Positions 11,400 through 24,305 are shown, counted from the stretch's first letter. The stretch is DNA of 64,000 bases from Callorhinchus milii (GCF_018977255.1 NW_024704764.1:7192001-7256000); one strand, 5' to 3'. The notes: generated from the sequence alone by a model not told the origin. Numbers and translations are program-made.

Positions 11400-13299
11400 G
11401 CCATTTAACTGACCTTTGCTGGTTTTTGAAATCAAACAAAAGTTCACTGGTGCTCAGAGCAGGGAATAAGTGCAATGAAGCAAAGAGGTCAGAGCCAAAC
11501 AGCTTTGACCGCAATAATGTATTATTCTAAATAAACCAATATAAATATTATAAATATATGCAATATGAATAAGTACAAGAGCAAGTGGCTCAAGTACAGC
11601 CGCAATGATTCAAAGCAATGATAAAGCGCCTGGAGCCACCAGTAATATTAGATTGCCTTTATCCAAAGTTTCAGATGAACATATCACGTGTCTCTTAAAT
11701 CTCGAGTAACAGGCTGTGTTCGGACGTTCCCTCCCCCACCCATACACACATATGTGTGTGTTTGTATATATATATATATATATATCTGATACCATGTAAA
11801 TAAAGACAGATAACAGACAAGGAAATAGTCACCACTCATTGGCAGATTCGTTCAGCTGTCTATTTCTAATACTCAAGCCCTTGGGAAAGTCCTAAAAGAA
11901 TCTGTTGAAAGTGCCATCAGTTCTGGAATCTTTTAGTTCCATTCCTGCGTCATTGCTTGCAATTTTTACTGTAAACTATCAGAATAAATCCGCTCGAGGT
12001 CAACTTTCAGAGGGCTGAAGAGGAAAAAAAAATTGAAACTAATTCTGAGGAATCTTCAGCCAGCCTTTTCAAAATGGAAATTTGTTTGGGATCTTATTCC
12101 TAGTGAGTGCTGGTAAAGATCATAGCAATTTGGCACTAGCTTTATACGACTGTCGCTTTATCAGTTCACAGAAACACTGGGTTGTGTTGACACCATCCAT
12201 CAGATATCACTGTAATTTTGTGCATTGGAGCATGAAGGAAAATTAAGACTGATCATGGTATACGAGTTAACGCACAAGGCTGGATCACCTCTGCGTGCAA
12301 TTCCCTCCTTGGACTTCAGAGAAAATATTTCGGACTCAAACCCTTCCACTGCAGGACGTATAATTTAAATATTATTGCAAAATTATACCCCTGGTCCCTT
12401 GCTGGTGTTCGAATTAATATATTTCATTAGTGCTGGAAATGGAGCGCTTTAGGATTCCCTCCTGACAAGAAAGGCATTATACCAAATGCAAAGATTACTG
12501 TGAGGATGATTATGAAATGCTTATGGTAGTAAAGGTATTGAATCCACTCGACTGGAAGATGCAAACATGGATCTGTGAAACTCACAAACTCAGTCCCTGA
12601 TGTACATTTGAAAAAGCTGAAGTGTGAATCCAATCAGCTAATTTCACTGATCTTTCCAGAAAAGGTATGGCACAATAGCATCCTGTTTTGATTAAAACAG
12701 CAAATGCTGCTTTCTCAGCCTATTGAGAAGAGGTGAATAAACAGTTTACTGTGCTACTAAGTCTACTGTGCAGGTTAGAATAAGTGTGATATCTTAAGTA
12801 CTCAGAAGTTACATCCAGGCTTGATGAAAATGAGAATCTCATTTTGCAGCACAAATAGGAGACTGACAGACATGAGGAGCTGAGCTAACCAAGTGAAGTC
12901 AGACAATTACTAACGAGGTTTAGTTATTGAAACCTATTGCTGCAGTGCCTCCTCACCTTTTCTTAAAATGGAAACCATTCAAATCAACAATGCAATTCTC
13001 AGACCAGATTTTGCTGATTTGACAGAAATTCCGAGTCAGGAGCTGGAGAATACAAGAGCTTTCCGAAACAGCTTTGAGGAAAAGGAACATATACAACAGA
13101 GCATAAACACAACCACTTCACCTTCCTGAACAATGAGATTATTTCCATCTGATGGGAAGTAATGGTGAGCGTTGGCTGAGTGCGTTCACAACAGGTTCAG
13201 CCACACGCAATGTATGGCATCAGGGCTGTTCCTGGGGTGGGGTGTCACAGGTATATGGCACAATGGTATTACGGTAACTCTATGACTTCCAGTGAGTGG

Positions 13300-13856
13300 C
13301 TACAGTGGTTTGCGATCTCGGAATATCAGCTCCGTAAAGCTACTACTGTTTTCGGGGGAGGCGGTGTTTGGATGCTGGTGCGTTCCTCTCTCCTGTGAGC
13401 TGGTGCTCTCGCACTGACTCAGCTCCGACTGGTCTAACAGTTCAAAATCATCGGCTTCCGCGTCAGTGTCCATCTCACTACTCGAGTGTTCGTGCCGAGG
13501 CTGAGCAGCGGCCCTCTGAGGATTCTGCTTCCACCCGTATTGGGTCTCCTGACTTGCGCCGGACAATGCGGCAGCCATCATTTGGTGGGCCAGCATGTTT
13601 GCCAGACCAAAGCCTTGACTACCAACAAAATTCAAGGGTGACGGCATCCCACTGAGGGAAATATCGGCGTCTATATCTTCCTGATCAGAAAACGTACTCG
13701 CATCATCCTCCTGGACTACCAGGTGATCGGGACCCGCGGGGATTCCCAGGCTGGCATCATCATCGTCGTCGACTCCAGTGACGTCGGGATTAATGGATGG
13801 GAATTCTGGAAGATCTCTGGCAAACGATTCTTCAGGATCGCTGTGGCGGTCGAGAT
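13300..13856 (-). CDS. RETREG3: RETREG3 exon 9 (LIR motif, stop)
   Basis: DLDRHSDPEESFARDLPEFPSINP...ADDFELLDQSELSQ...*. Confidence 0.95.
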
Positions 13857-16800
13857 CTAGGAGAGACAATGCAAGAATTACTGTACGTACGTCGGTAAAC
13901 ACAGAATCCTTGAATGTTACAGCAGATACAGAGCACTTGGCCTATCACGTTTATGTTGGTCTTTCTCTCCACATAAACTACTTAATCTAGTGGCACTCAA
14001 GAAATCTTGCTAACCTTTCCCAAGAAGCATATATAGAGGTCCCTCAATCTGCACTCTCATCATTGGTGCAACATACATTTACCCCTCAAACATCAATCTG
14101 CATGCAATCCCCTTAGTACTGCACGCCAATACCCAAGCAGGCACAAAAGAGAATAAAATTGACAAATGGAAGAAGGAACGTGGGATGTTTGCCTACATGA
14201 TACAATCACTACATTTTACAGTAACTCCAGTGAAGCGTTTTGAGATGTCCTCTCGATGCTATATTAACAACAGCAGCAAATTACATTTGTATAGCGCCTT
14301 TCACATCCCAAATGCTGGACAGTCAGGGATTTGGATCCCAGCAATAATAATAATAATAATAATAATCCTTGCATTTGATATAGCGCTTTTCACGTCGGGA
14401 GGACGTCCCAAAGCGCTTCACAGAACACACTGTAAAGTGAATTGACTGTATATTTGTGGGCGAACGCGGCAGCCAATTGCGCACAGCAATGTCCCACAAA
14501 CAGTCGTAGATTGAAAATGACCCAATTTTTTTTTTTATTATTGTTTTTTGGTTTTTTTGGAGGGATTATTATTATCTTGTTGATAACAAGGGGTTGGGAT
14601 CAGGAAGGGTGGAAGGCAGGGATAGGAGGGTGACCGAAGGCGCGGTCAAAGAGGGTCTTAAATTAAATGTAGAGATTATTACTGTAATGTTGTGGTGAAG
14701 CTCATCAACATACCCTCAGAGCCATCCGTGATTGGGCTTTGTCCTCGGGATAAATTGAACGTTCCATTGTCAGCACACGACACTTCTGCATCCGAATGCT
14801 CAGAGTCTGAAATTTCCAATTCCTTGGCAACTATGGAATCATCCAGCTTTACATTGAGAGAGCGAGAGAGAGAATGTACAGTGAAGGATTGACTGCAGAA
14901 GAATATTTCGCGTGAAACTTTGCAAAAGAAAAGTATTTCGAACAGACTATTGATAACAGATGTGTTTCTGCGACAAAATGATAAGTATCACAAATTGCGT
15001 TCTCTGTCTGCACTCTCAGTGTCTGCCTATTCAGGAGGACTTTAAAGATCCCATAATTGGAGAAGGAGAAGGCAGTTTCTCCATATGAACTCAGATAATA
15101 ATCCTTTAAATTAATTATCGGGCACATCATGTCTCTGTATAAGATCTTATTGAACGCAAAATAACTGCTTTGATTGCCTGCAAGATACTAAACTTAATTA
15201 TCTGTGAAGCGTTTTGAAATATTCGATGCAATAAAGTGCCATAAAATGCAAGGATTATTGGATCATTACTACTTTAAGTGCTCGTAAACTTTTATAATTG
15301 ATGAAGAATTAAAAAAATAAATAAAAACTTTAGAATAGAACATCAATGCCACATTTCAGTCAGAAATAAATGTTGATGTTAGAGCAAGGAATTTTTGAAA
15401 AAAATGTACTCTATGAAAAGCTGAGAGAAAGATATACAGTTGATATATTTTCTGAATAATTAAAAGCTAGTTTCAATTTAAGATGGTTCAAAAATGCCAA
15501 TGAGGTTTACAGAAAATTACCAAGTTTGTACATATTACGGGATACAGTACATAGGTAGTTTGGGACATATTTGCATGCAACCGCCAGAAAGATGGAAGGC
15601 GAACTAGGTGGACCTTGGTCTTTTTTCGGCTAGCATTTCTTATGTTCTTATGCACAGCCAGACAGATAGTTCATACCTGAGGGCAAAATGCTTCCAGTTC
15701 AGCTTCACTGTCACTCCCGTCGTCTGTCGCTCCTGCATACATTGCTCTGCAGCGCACTGCAACAAACACATCATATCCATTTCATCTTCCCCAACAAGGT
15801 CAAATTGCACAGCATACAGCCAGTAAAGGATGAATTAATTAAAAACAGTTATTGGAAACAACACTAGATGGTTAAAATTCATAACAGGAGGGGGGACGGG
15901 AGAGAAAGAAGGGATACAAGAGCTAATTAAATAAAGGTGCTCTCTCACCAAATCAGCTGACGCTTCCACCTGATATGCATTTGAACCATTAGCCATCATC
16001 TATTCCTCCCTTCTCCCCCACCCAATTTTTCAAGCCCCACATCTACACCCTGACCCGCTCAACTTTCTCACCTCTGCAGTATTGCCCACCTCGCCATTAC
16101 TCTCTGCCCACAGAGACCCTCAGCCTTGCATTCATCATGTCTTTCTACGCTTCACTTTCTAAATCTATTAGCAGAGACTGGAGAGCAGTGAAGACTGGAG
16201 GTTGCAGTCGATCACTTTCACAGAGCAACTGAGATGACTCACACTGTCGCTCCCGCTGTTTAGTTGCCATGTATCCTTTCACACTAAAATCCAGTCGCTC
16301 AAGCAGGGGCTCAATCCTGGCGTAAACCTTCTGGCCCACACTGTGATAGATAGCAAGCGGCCACAGAAGCATCCCAATCACTGAGGAAAGGAAAATGACA
16401 ATTCATTCATTAGTGGAGAGAAACAAAAGGAAGTTTCCAGATTGTCAACTGTCAGCGGAGGGGAAAAAGCGAAACACAATGTAACATTTCTCACCATAAA
16501 CAACAACAACTTACATTTATACAGTGCCTTTCATGTCAGGAGGACATCCCAAGGCGCTGGACAGTCAGGGATCCGCACCTGAGCTGGTGGTTGGGATCAG
16601 GAGGGGTGGAGGGCGGGGAGGGTTGGGGTAGGAGGATGACCGAAGGCATGGTTGAAGAGGAGGGTCTTGAGACGGGTCTTGAAGGAGGCGAGGGAGGGAG
16701 CAAGGTGAAGTTCCAGAGGTTGGGGGCAAAGAGGCTGAAGGCCCACCCGCCAATGTAGGGCCCTTCGCATAGTATAACAGTGTGGAACACTGAACAATAG

Positions 16801-19800
16801 TAGAGTTGGATACAACAACAACTTGGATTTATATATAGCGCCCTCCACGCCTGACGTGCTTGAGCTGCTTGGATGCTGAGTACTGGAGATAGGGAAGCGA
16901 CCAAAGGTGTAGTTAAAGAGGTAAGTTGTATTAGCTGGACTTGCGGATGGTGGAACTGTGGAAACCAGTAAGTTCATGATTAAAGTAAAATCCCCATGGG
17001 TAGGAACCACACAAGCCATGAGTAACAACTGCCCATTTATCAATTACTTGAAATATAATTTAAAAAAGTTAATTATTAATTAACCCAGGGGAATCAGAAC
17101 AAAATTACTGAGAGTATGAGAGACTGTGTGCGAGAAGAAGGGATTGGGAAGGTGCACGTTGTGACTGTTCCAAGAAGGGAATAACACAAAACAAAATTAC
17201 ATTTGAATAGCGCCTTTCACATCAGGAGGACATCCCAAGGATAAACACATTACTTACAGCTCATGTAGGACAGCAAGACCCCAGGAACGTAGCGTCCGAT
17301 TACAGCCAAGAAGGTGAAAACACCACAAACTAAGAGACAAAACTGAAACAGAAATTCCAGATCATCACTTAAAAGTCTATCAAGCCATGTGACCGTAGAG
17401 TGGAATTTCAACTTTGTTCCAACACCAGATGCAAGGTAACCCTAAATCAACAACAGCATCCATATAAAAATGAATGCTTTCTGAATATATTAACTTTATT
17501 GCCAATGAAATAATTGCCCCTTACTGCATTTCAAAAAAACATAATTCTCCTTCTTAGAGATACTCAAACCATGTCTTGGCTACAGGGAAGGAAAAAGCAA
17601 TCTATACTCTCGGAATCTCTGGCAGGGCAGGGGTAACTGTCCCAGCAATCTATCATAATGGATTCCCTCACTCTGTCACTCTGAGCGGTCACCCGGGTTG
17701 GGGAGCAAACTTGCATTTGGGAAGTGCTTTGTCTTTGCTCCAGTCAAAGCAAACTCACTAACCAGTTTATATTCAAACCTAAATCTGTATCAATCACTTT
17801 GAAACAGTTTGAAAAGTAAAGCATCAGAAAAAACCTTAGTTTTCAAATGGCCTTGGAAACTCAATGCAATTCCTAATTAATTTCAGTGGGTGCAGAAACA
17901 CAGAGGCCTGCTGAGGTCATGCAATTTAACAGCATTTTTAGAATGAGGAAAAGATGCTTTTATCAGTCTGATTTGCAGTAAGATATCTACAGATGTAGCA
18001 CAATATACAAGTTTTCCCCATTTGAAAATTCTTTGTTAGACAACTGCCATTTTAATAAAGCTTTTCTTACCTTACCAGGATTTTGCTTCTTAAAGTGGTA
18101 TAAATTTTCCAGGAAACTAGCTCCATTTACCCAGATCTCTGCTATTCGCTGACAAAGCTCAGGAACACTGAGCAGTTTTGGATGAACCAGACCCCAGCTG
18201 AACAGGAAAGATCAGAAGTATATTGATGAGTAGCAAATGCATTGAGTTGAGGAAGAACTTCTTCACTCAAAGGGTGGTGAATGTATGGAACTCACTACCC
18301 CAAAGGGCTGTTGACGCTCAGTCCTTGAACATATTCAAGACTGAGATAGATAGATTTCTTATTGAAAAAGATATTAAGGGATATGGGGAGAAGGCAGGTT
18401 TAGGTTATTAGTTGGAGTTAGATTAGAAGATCAGCCATGATTGAATGGCAGGGCAGGCTCGAAGGGCCGAATGGCCTACTCCTGCTCCTACATGTTATGT
18501 TATGAACATTCACTTTCTTCACCTAAAAGTAACAAGTAATAGGGGCAGAATCAATGGGTGGTGACAAAGCTGGGCCTGTGAATGGGACCAGTGGATGGGT
18601 AATAATAACACTAATAATCCTTGCATTTGATGTAGCACCTTATCACATCTATAAGCCACCTCACAGCGCTTCACAGGATATACTGTAAAGTGAATTGACT
18701 GTATTTTGTGGGCGAAATGCGGCAGCCAATTGCGCACAGCTTTGTTCCACAAACAGTGGTGGATGATGGATTGGCATAACCAGTTCGTGGGGGATGGGCC
18801 CGAGCTTGGAGTCAGCCTTGTAACGATGACAGCACTACAAACTCCTCACAACCAATGGGGAAAAATTCCAACTCACGAATATTGAATAAATTCTAGGAAT
18901 GGTCTTTTTCTAAAAATAAACTTTAAAAAAAACACTCTGTTAACATCAAACTCCAGTATGGCAGAATCCTTAATTCAGGCCAATCTCCCTCTTCAGACTC
19001 ACTATGAAACAGACTGTAGCATCTGCTTGCCTGGCTGTGCTGCCATGGTTTCTGTGATGTTACTGTCAACTGCAGGTGGAAGGCAACTAAGTTTTACAAC
19101 TGCTTTTTAAACAATTCATCCAAGCTGCCACCCCTTCTATAACTACAACATGCATATGTCAAGAAACCTGGCTGCCCCCCAAAATACATAATAAAGCCAT
19201 TTTCTTATACCTCTCAGCATCTTGGTCTTCCAGACGTTCCTCTTTAAAAAGAGAAAACATTATTAGTGCGACTCGACAGCTAAATTAATGCAGCAGTCAA
19301 AACATTTATATGCACTTCACGTCACGAGTTGCATTGGAGTGTGGTGATTAGTTATGTAGGTAATGCAAATTGGAGCATTTTGCATTCTCTTAAAGAACAA
19401 TTTTTTGAATGGGAGTAGCTGTACTGTAGCAGTTACAATAACATAATATTGCACAGCATGAATTCTCCTACAAAGTATCAGAGTATTAGGGTTTTAACGC
19501 TGCTGAAACCCTCATCCATGCTCTTGTCATCTCCGCCTCAACTTCTCTATGCAATACTACCTGATCTCCCCGACTCCAAACAACGTCCAACTCATTCGGA
19601 ACTCCTGCTCAAATCCTGACCTGTGTATCCCCAACATCCTAGTCCTTGCCAGGCTCCATGTTGCAGAATGGATCAATCCAAATCCTCACACTCACCTACA
19701 AATCACTACATGTTCTATCATCTCCCGACCCTCTAATCTGCTCACACCTCAAGGAGCATGGTGAATGGATTTAAAAGATAAAGGATTAAAAGGGATTAAA

Positions 19801-22800
19801 AAGATCTGACAAGATCTCAAATTTATAGAACAGGCACGATCGAATGAATGGCGTCCTCTTGTGGCTTTCCTCTGATCCAGGAAAAATGTGACGAGAGGAG
19901 GTGTTAATCAGGATTCTATTGCGAGTCCTTGAATTGAACACTACCACACACCACTGTGACAGCCTGTGGTCACCATTACCAGAAGTGTTGAGACGGATTA
20001 TAAATACAAAGCCAAGCGACTTGTTCTTACCTTTGATTTCCGGCCAGATTTTGTTCCTCCAGGTGTCAGCACAGACAACGACAATCAGACTGAATGCAAT
20101 GAGGAAGAGCAGCCTCAATGAGGTCAACGCCAGAAACCTGGGGAGATAAATGAATACCATTACACCCAGAAGCAGCACCATCAGTGCACCTATTAAGGTG
20201 CAATTTATCCCAGATTTGGATAGTGGATCAAGGACCAGACCTTCTCAATCTTCATTGCACTGCAATTGACATCACACACTGTATCCCCGTGTTCACTCCT
20301 GCAAATCACTGTTAAGTGTAATGATTGCGTATTTGTTTTTGGAACATTTGCGCTAAGCAGGTCCCACAAAAAGCCATGACCAATTTATCTGGCGGTTGTT
20401 GATGTGGACATTGGGAAGAGTCCATTTCTTCCGTAATGAATGAAATCTTTAATGTCCACCACCTCCCTTCCACTCCATGATATTCGGGTTTCTAAATGCA
20501 CCACAGGATCTTGCTTAAAAGTAACCATGTAAGAATTGGATAACTAATTTCACCCACTCACATAAATGCAGATTCTTTGGAGAAAGGTGAACATACAGTA
20601 AAATCATAAATTCTAAGATAAATTTTTAGCTTCGGAGACAACAATAACACAAATGGGAGCATTTGGCTTTTCTTCAGAAACTGTTCAGCCTTTCAGAACA
20701 AGAACTGACGACACTGAGGAGAAGCTGTGAACACGTGACACCACTTGAGTTGATATTTATACAGAATGCAAGAGCAAAGCTGCAAGCTCAAAGTCTCAAA
20801 ATTTTAAATTAATACTCGTCACTAAAAAAACAGGCCAGTAACTTCATTCTACAATCTGATGGATCAATGACTGTGTTTTGCCAAGTGTTGCATTGTATTT
20901 GCACGCGAGCGCTGGAGGATTGTCACACACAACACGGATATGCAGCGGATTTAGAGCTTGGAATCTTGCAGAGTCATCACTTTTGTTTATAAATTTGTCC
21001 CAGATCTATTTGATTCACAAGATTGGTTCAGATAAAGAAGGCCTTTCAGCCTATTTGCTCTCATTTTTTCAGAATACCCCACTTTCCCTTCACAGCATCA
21101 AGCCGTTTTTTTTATTAAAAAAGTGTGTTTTCAGCCACCAAACAACCTTTCCAGTAACCTATTTTGTTTGGTCAGACACATCTGGAAACCCATTCCTATG
21201 CCTAAGATTTTCCAAGCCAGACAAAGTTCCACATGTCAGCCTGGCTTAGTTGGATGGGCACTCTCATCTCTGAGTCAGGTTTGTGGGTTTAAGCATCACG
21301 CCAGGACTTGGAACTCATATCGTCTATGCATTCATTGTCAGAGGTGCTGTCCTTCTGCTTGCAACGATATTGTGCTGCTTAGCAGACCCACCTGGAGATC
21401 TTGTGCCATGCACTCACCATCTTGAATAGTGGACCACACGGTGGAACATGATGGTGGGTGTCCTTAAAATGTTGAATTATCACCCTTCACTGTTCCAAGA
21501 GCGGAGCTTGAGGGTATCGTTTGGCAGGTTCGAGGGAACACTAACTTTTGTCTGGACTCTGTCCTGCAGGTTTGAGCCCTTACTAAGTGGAAGGCAGTTA
21601 CCAGGAAGCTGGGTGAGCAGTACCCCTCAGCACGAAATGAGCAAGAGCATTGCCACCAACTTCCTGCCCACAGCTTGGACACACATCCCTAATGATTGAG
21701 GAGTGATGGTTCCACCAGATGGAGGTACTGAGTTCGAGCAGCCGCTTCTTATCACTTTGCATGCTCATCAAAGTGGATTCCAAACCCTGGATATATGAAC
21801 ACTTGTTCACAAACCCAAACTCCAGGTAACGCCTTCCAGCAGCTGTCGTCCCAAGCTACAGAATTTCATCAGCTATTTGACGGCCTTCGTTGGTAGGAAG
21901 ATCTTTACAGGATGTGCCAGGACTTGTGACGTGCCACCACCTGATGTTCTGGAAGTCCAAGTTCAATGCCATATATCAGCACCAGCTGCTTGATCCAGGT
22001 CCTCACGTGAGGGGCTTTGGCAAATATAGAAGTTTGCCTGTGCAGCCAACTCTATCTCAAAGGTGTTCAGCAAAAGGTCAGAGCTTTCCATCCCTGCAGT
22101 TTCTTCCCCTGTTTTATCACACATCCCCTCACTGTTTGATTCTGGACTTTACAAGTTGGTTGGAGGAAGCCTCTCACTTCATTCTAAGCAGCTCAGAACC
22201 ATGAAGGAGATCTGTTTGGACACACTATTTATCTGCTGTCTTTGAAGAGAGATGAGAATGACCAGCTGATCGTCACCCCTTCTCAGCAGAACTGGAGCTG
22301 AACAGACTTCAATTGCGAGTCGCTCAGCAACAGAATGTCAGAATTGCATCAATCCTCTGTGGCAGTCTTGGTGGTTTCTGAGCCGTGCGGGTCAAGAGTC
22401 CTTCAGAGCACTGCTGATGACAAACCAACCAGCTGACTATAAAAACATCCTGAGCTTCCAGACATCCTCCCAGCATGAAAGGCACTATATCAAATGCAAT
22501 AACAGCAACACTGAAACTATCAACTTAAGCCCTCACAGGAAATTTCAACCCAGACCCACCTGTTTCTGACCCTAACCCAGAAGCAAGTACTACCAACTGA
22601 GCCAAGCTGTCACCTGACTAGAATGTTAAATCGATCTGAAAGAAAGATAAGTCGACATTTCAGGTTGCACACTTCATTTCAATTGTACCAACATCGCCCC
22701 ATCTCCTCCCCCCCACCCCACACCCACCCCCTCCGTGGAGTCCTGTAGCTCAGTGGTTAGAGCACTCGCTTTGCAAGTGAGAGACCTGAGTTCAATTCCA

Positions 22801-23089
22801 GGCAGAGGGCGAAACCTTGGGCAAGTTTCCTTACTCCACACAGAGCCTAATAATAATCCCTCCAAAACCCAAAACAATAATAAATTGGTCAATTTCAATC
22901 CACAACTGTTTGTGGGGACATTGCTGTGCGCAATCGGCCGCCGCGTTCGCCCACAAATATATACAGTCCATTCACTTTAGTGTGTTCCGTGAAGCGCTTT
23001 GGGACGTCCTCCCGACGTGAAAAGCGCTATATCAAATGCGAGGATTATTATTATTATAAGGAGGTATATCAAGTGGTAAGGATTATTGT

Positions 23090-23120
<31 letters not shown>

Positions 23121-23378
23121 ATCTCTCCGGATTTGGTTTACAGGTCACCTGTACACACACAAACACACAGTGAAGACGTACCAGAAACCTGCGTTGACGC
23201 TGAGGTGGAAGAGGAGGCTGTGCCATGGCCGGTCCCACACCAACACGCTCTGGCAGTAGGTGAGCAGCCGCTCGTGGTGCCCGAGGAGGCGCAGCAGCTG
23301 CTGCTGTCGGCCCTGCACGCGCCGCTGGTGGTCGGGATCAAGGCCTCGACGCGGTTCACTACCCACCGCCATCTTCAT
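13300..23378 (-). CDS. RETREG3: RETREG3 / FAM134C ER-phagy receptor, about 484 aa, join of 9 exons
   Basis: Exons 23378-23182, 20137-20031, 19241-19211, 18197-18071, 17342-17258, 16380-16243, 15756-15677, 14846-14714, 13856-13300; 1455 nt in frame. Reticulon-homology region (VLVWDRPWHS, DTWRNKIWPEIK, LLSVPELC, KKQNPGKFC) and LIR DDFELL; head-to-head with TUBG1 as in human. Confidence 0.95.
14714..14846 (-). CDS. RETREG3: RETREG3 exon 8
   Basis: LDDSIVAKELEISDSEHSDAEVSCADNGTFNLSRGQSPITDGSE. Confidence 0.95.
15677..15756 (-). CDS. RETREG3: RETREG3 exon 7
   Basis: RCRAMYAGATDDGSDSEAELEAFCPQ. Confidence 0.92.
16243..16380 (-). CDS. RETREG3: RETREG3 exon 6
   Basis: IGMLLWPLAIYHSVGQKVYARIEPLLERLDFSVKGYMATKQRERQ. 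Confidence 0.95.
16495..16765 (-). mobile_element. L2 LINE 3' end fragment
   Basis: IGGWAFSLFAPNLWN / SLASFKTRLKTLLF ORF2 C-terminal motifs, stem-loop tail and (TTG)n terminus. Confidence 0.8.
17258..17342 (-). CDS. RETREG3: RETREG3 exon 5
   Basis: FCLLVCGVFTFLAVIGRYVPGVLLSYMS. Confidence 0.95.
18071..18197 (-). CDS. RETREG3: RETREG3 exon 4
   Basis: WGLVHPKLLSVPELCQRIAEIWVNG...FKKQNPGK. Confidence 0.95.
18243..18503 (+). mobile_element. CR1 LINE 3' end fragment
   Basis: LRKNFFTQRVVNVWNSLPQRAVDAQSLNIFKTEIDRFL is the CR1 ORF2 C-terminus; 3' tail gggccgaatggcctactcctgctcct and tatgt repeats. Confidence 0.88.
19211..19241 (-). CDS. RETREG3: RETREG3 exon 3 (31 nt)
   Basis: aag|AGGAACGTCTGGAAGACCAAGATGCTGAGAG|gtataa; restores frame between exons 2 and 4. 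Confidence 0.85.
20031..20137 (-). CDS. RETREG3: RETREG3 exon 2
   Basis: FLALTSLRLLFLIAFSLIVVVCADTWRNKIWPEIK. Confidence 0.95.
21400..22440 (-). mobile_element. Highly degenerate non-LTR retrotransposon remnant (L1/Tx1-like ORF2 C-terminal region?)
   Basis: Coding-like composition; minus-strand ORF 21598-21810 contains CPSCGQE...HFVL, resembling a CCHC zinc knuckle. Confidence 0.35.
22735..23057 (+). mobile_element. Full-length young tRNA-derived SINE
   Basis: A box TAGCTCAGTGG, B box GAGTTCAATTCC, central domain, L2-type tail and (TTA)n end; near-identical to the copy at 57055-57379. Confidence 0.9.
23182..23378 (-). CDS. RETREG3: RETREG3 exon 1 (start ATG at 23378 or 23372)
   Basis: MKMAVGSEP...QSVLVWDRPWHSLLFHLSVNAGFW, donor TG|gtacgt. 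Confidence 0.88.
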
Positions 23379-23379
23379 C

Positions 23380-24305
23380 TCCTCAGCCTCGGCCTCGGCT
23401 CCACACACACACAGACACACAGACACACAGACAGACAGACGCCCCACAGACACACACACAACACCGCGCGCCGGCGCCGCGATGGGGATTTAATCACTTC
23501 CGTCCGAAAATAATTATTTTCTCGAATGATTTTATTTTTTTAAATTTTTTTTTAAAAAAAACACAGAAACGCCCCCGGGGTTTCCGAGGCTTTTATTTTT
23601 AAATGAGATATATAAAATTAAAAATAAAACGCGACGCACGCGCCTTGGCTTCGGTGCCGCGCTCACGCCCCGGTTGGCGGCGGTGGGTTGAGAGATGCGC
23701 CTGCGCGCCGCCGGGGGGGGCGAGCGCTTGTCAGCGATCGGGGGGGCGGGGTTTCGCGACGCCCCTCCCGCCGCCCCACTGGGCGGGTTTCACGCCCTCA
23801 TTGGGCGGGTTTCACGCCCCCATTGGGCGGGTTTCGGTCCGCCCTGGTGCAAAAATCCCGACCTGCTGTTTTTTCAAATACATTTTTTTTTTAAAAAAAA
23901 ACAGCCCGAACTTTCCCGCCTCCCTCCCTCCCTCCCTTTTGAAGACCTTTTTCCTTACACGGTCTTCAAAAAATTCAGCACTACTCCGCTAAATTGGGGG
24001 CCACCCTGCTGCTGCTTGCCGGTGACGTATCCGATTGGGCTACTTTTTGGGTGACTTTGGGCTACAGGTTTACTGTCCCGAGGCTGAGCTGAGCGATGGC
24101 CGGGGAGGGGAGGGGGGGGTGAGCTGTGCGCCTGCGCTAGTCGCGGAGAGCTCGAGGGAGGGAGGGAGCGAGCGAGCGAGCGCGCGCGCGAGCCCACCCG
24201 CCCGCCCGCGCGCGCGCCTTTGGTTCTGCGCATGCTCGGTGAGTCGACGACCGTTAACGGTTGGCGGGATTGAACGGCGGCGGCAGGAGCGGCGCAGCGG
24301 GAGCG
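23380..24305. promoter_or_regulatory. Bidirectional CpG-island promoter RETREG3 (-) / TUBG1 (+)
   Basis: About 930 bp between divergent ATGs; CpG-rich; ETS CGGAAGTG (23495-23502, -), repeated CCAAT/GC boxes (23777-23840), MYB palindrome and E2F-like site (24250-24274). Confidence 0.85.

Noticed and set aside
22735-22810. tRNA-like sequence with A and B boxes (also at 57305-57379 and 54530-54590)
   Set aside because: Continues directly into a SINE body and tail, and I could not build an acceptor stem; these are SINE heads, not tRNA genes.
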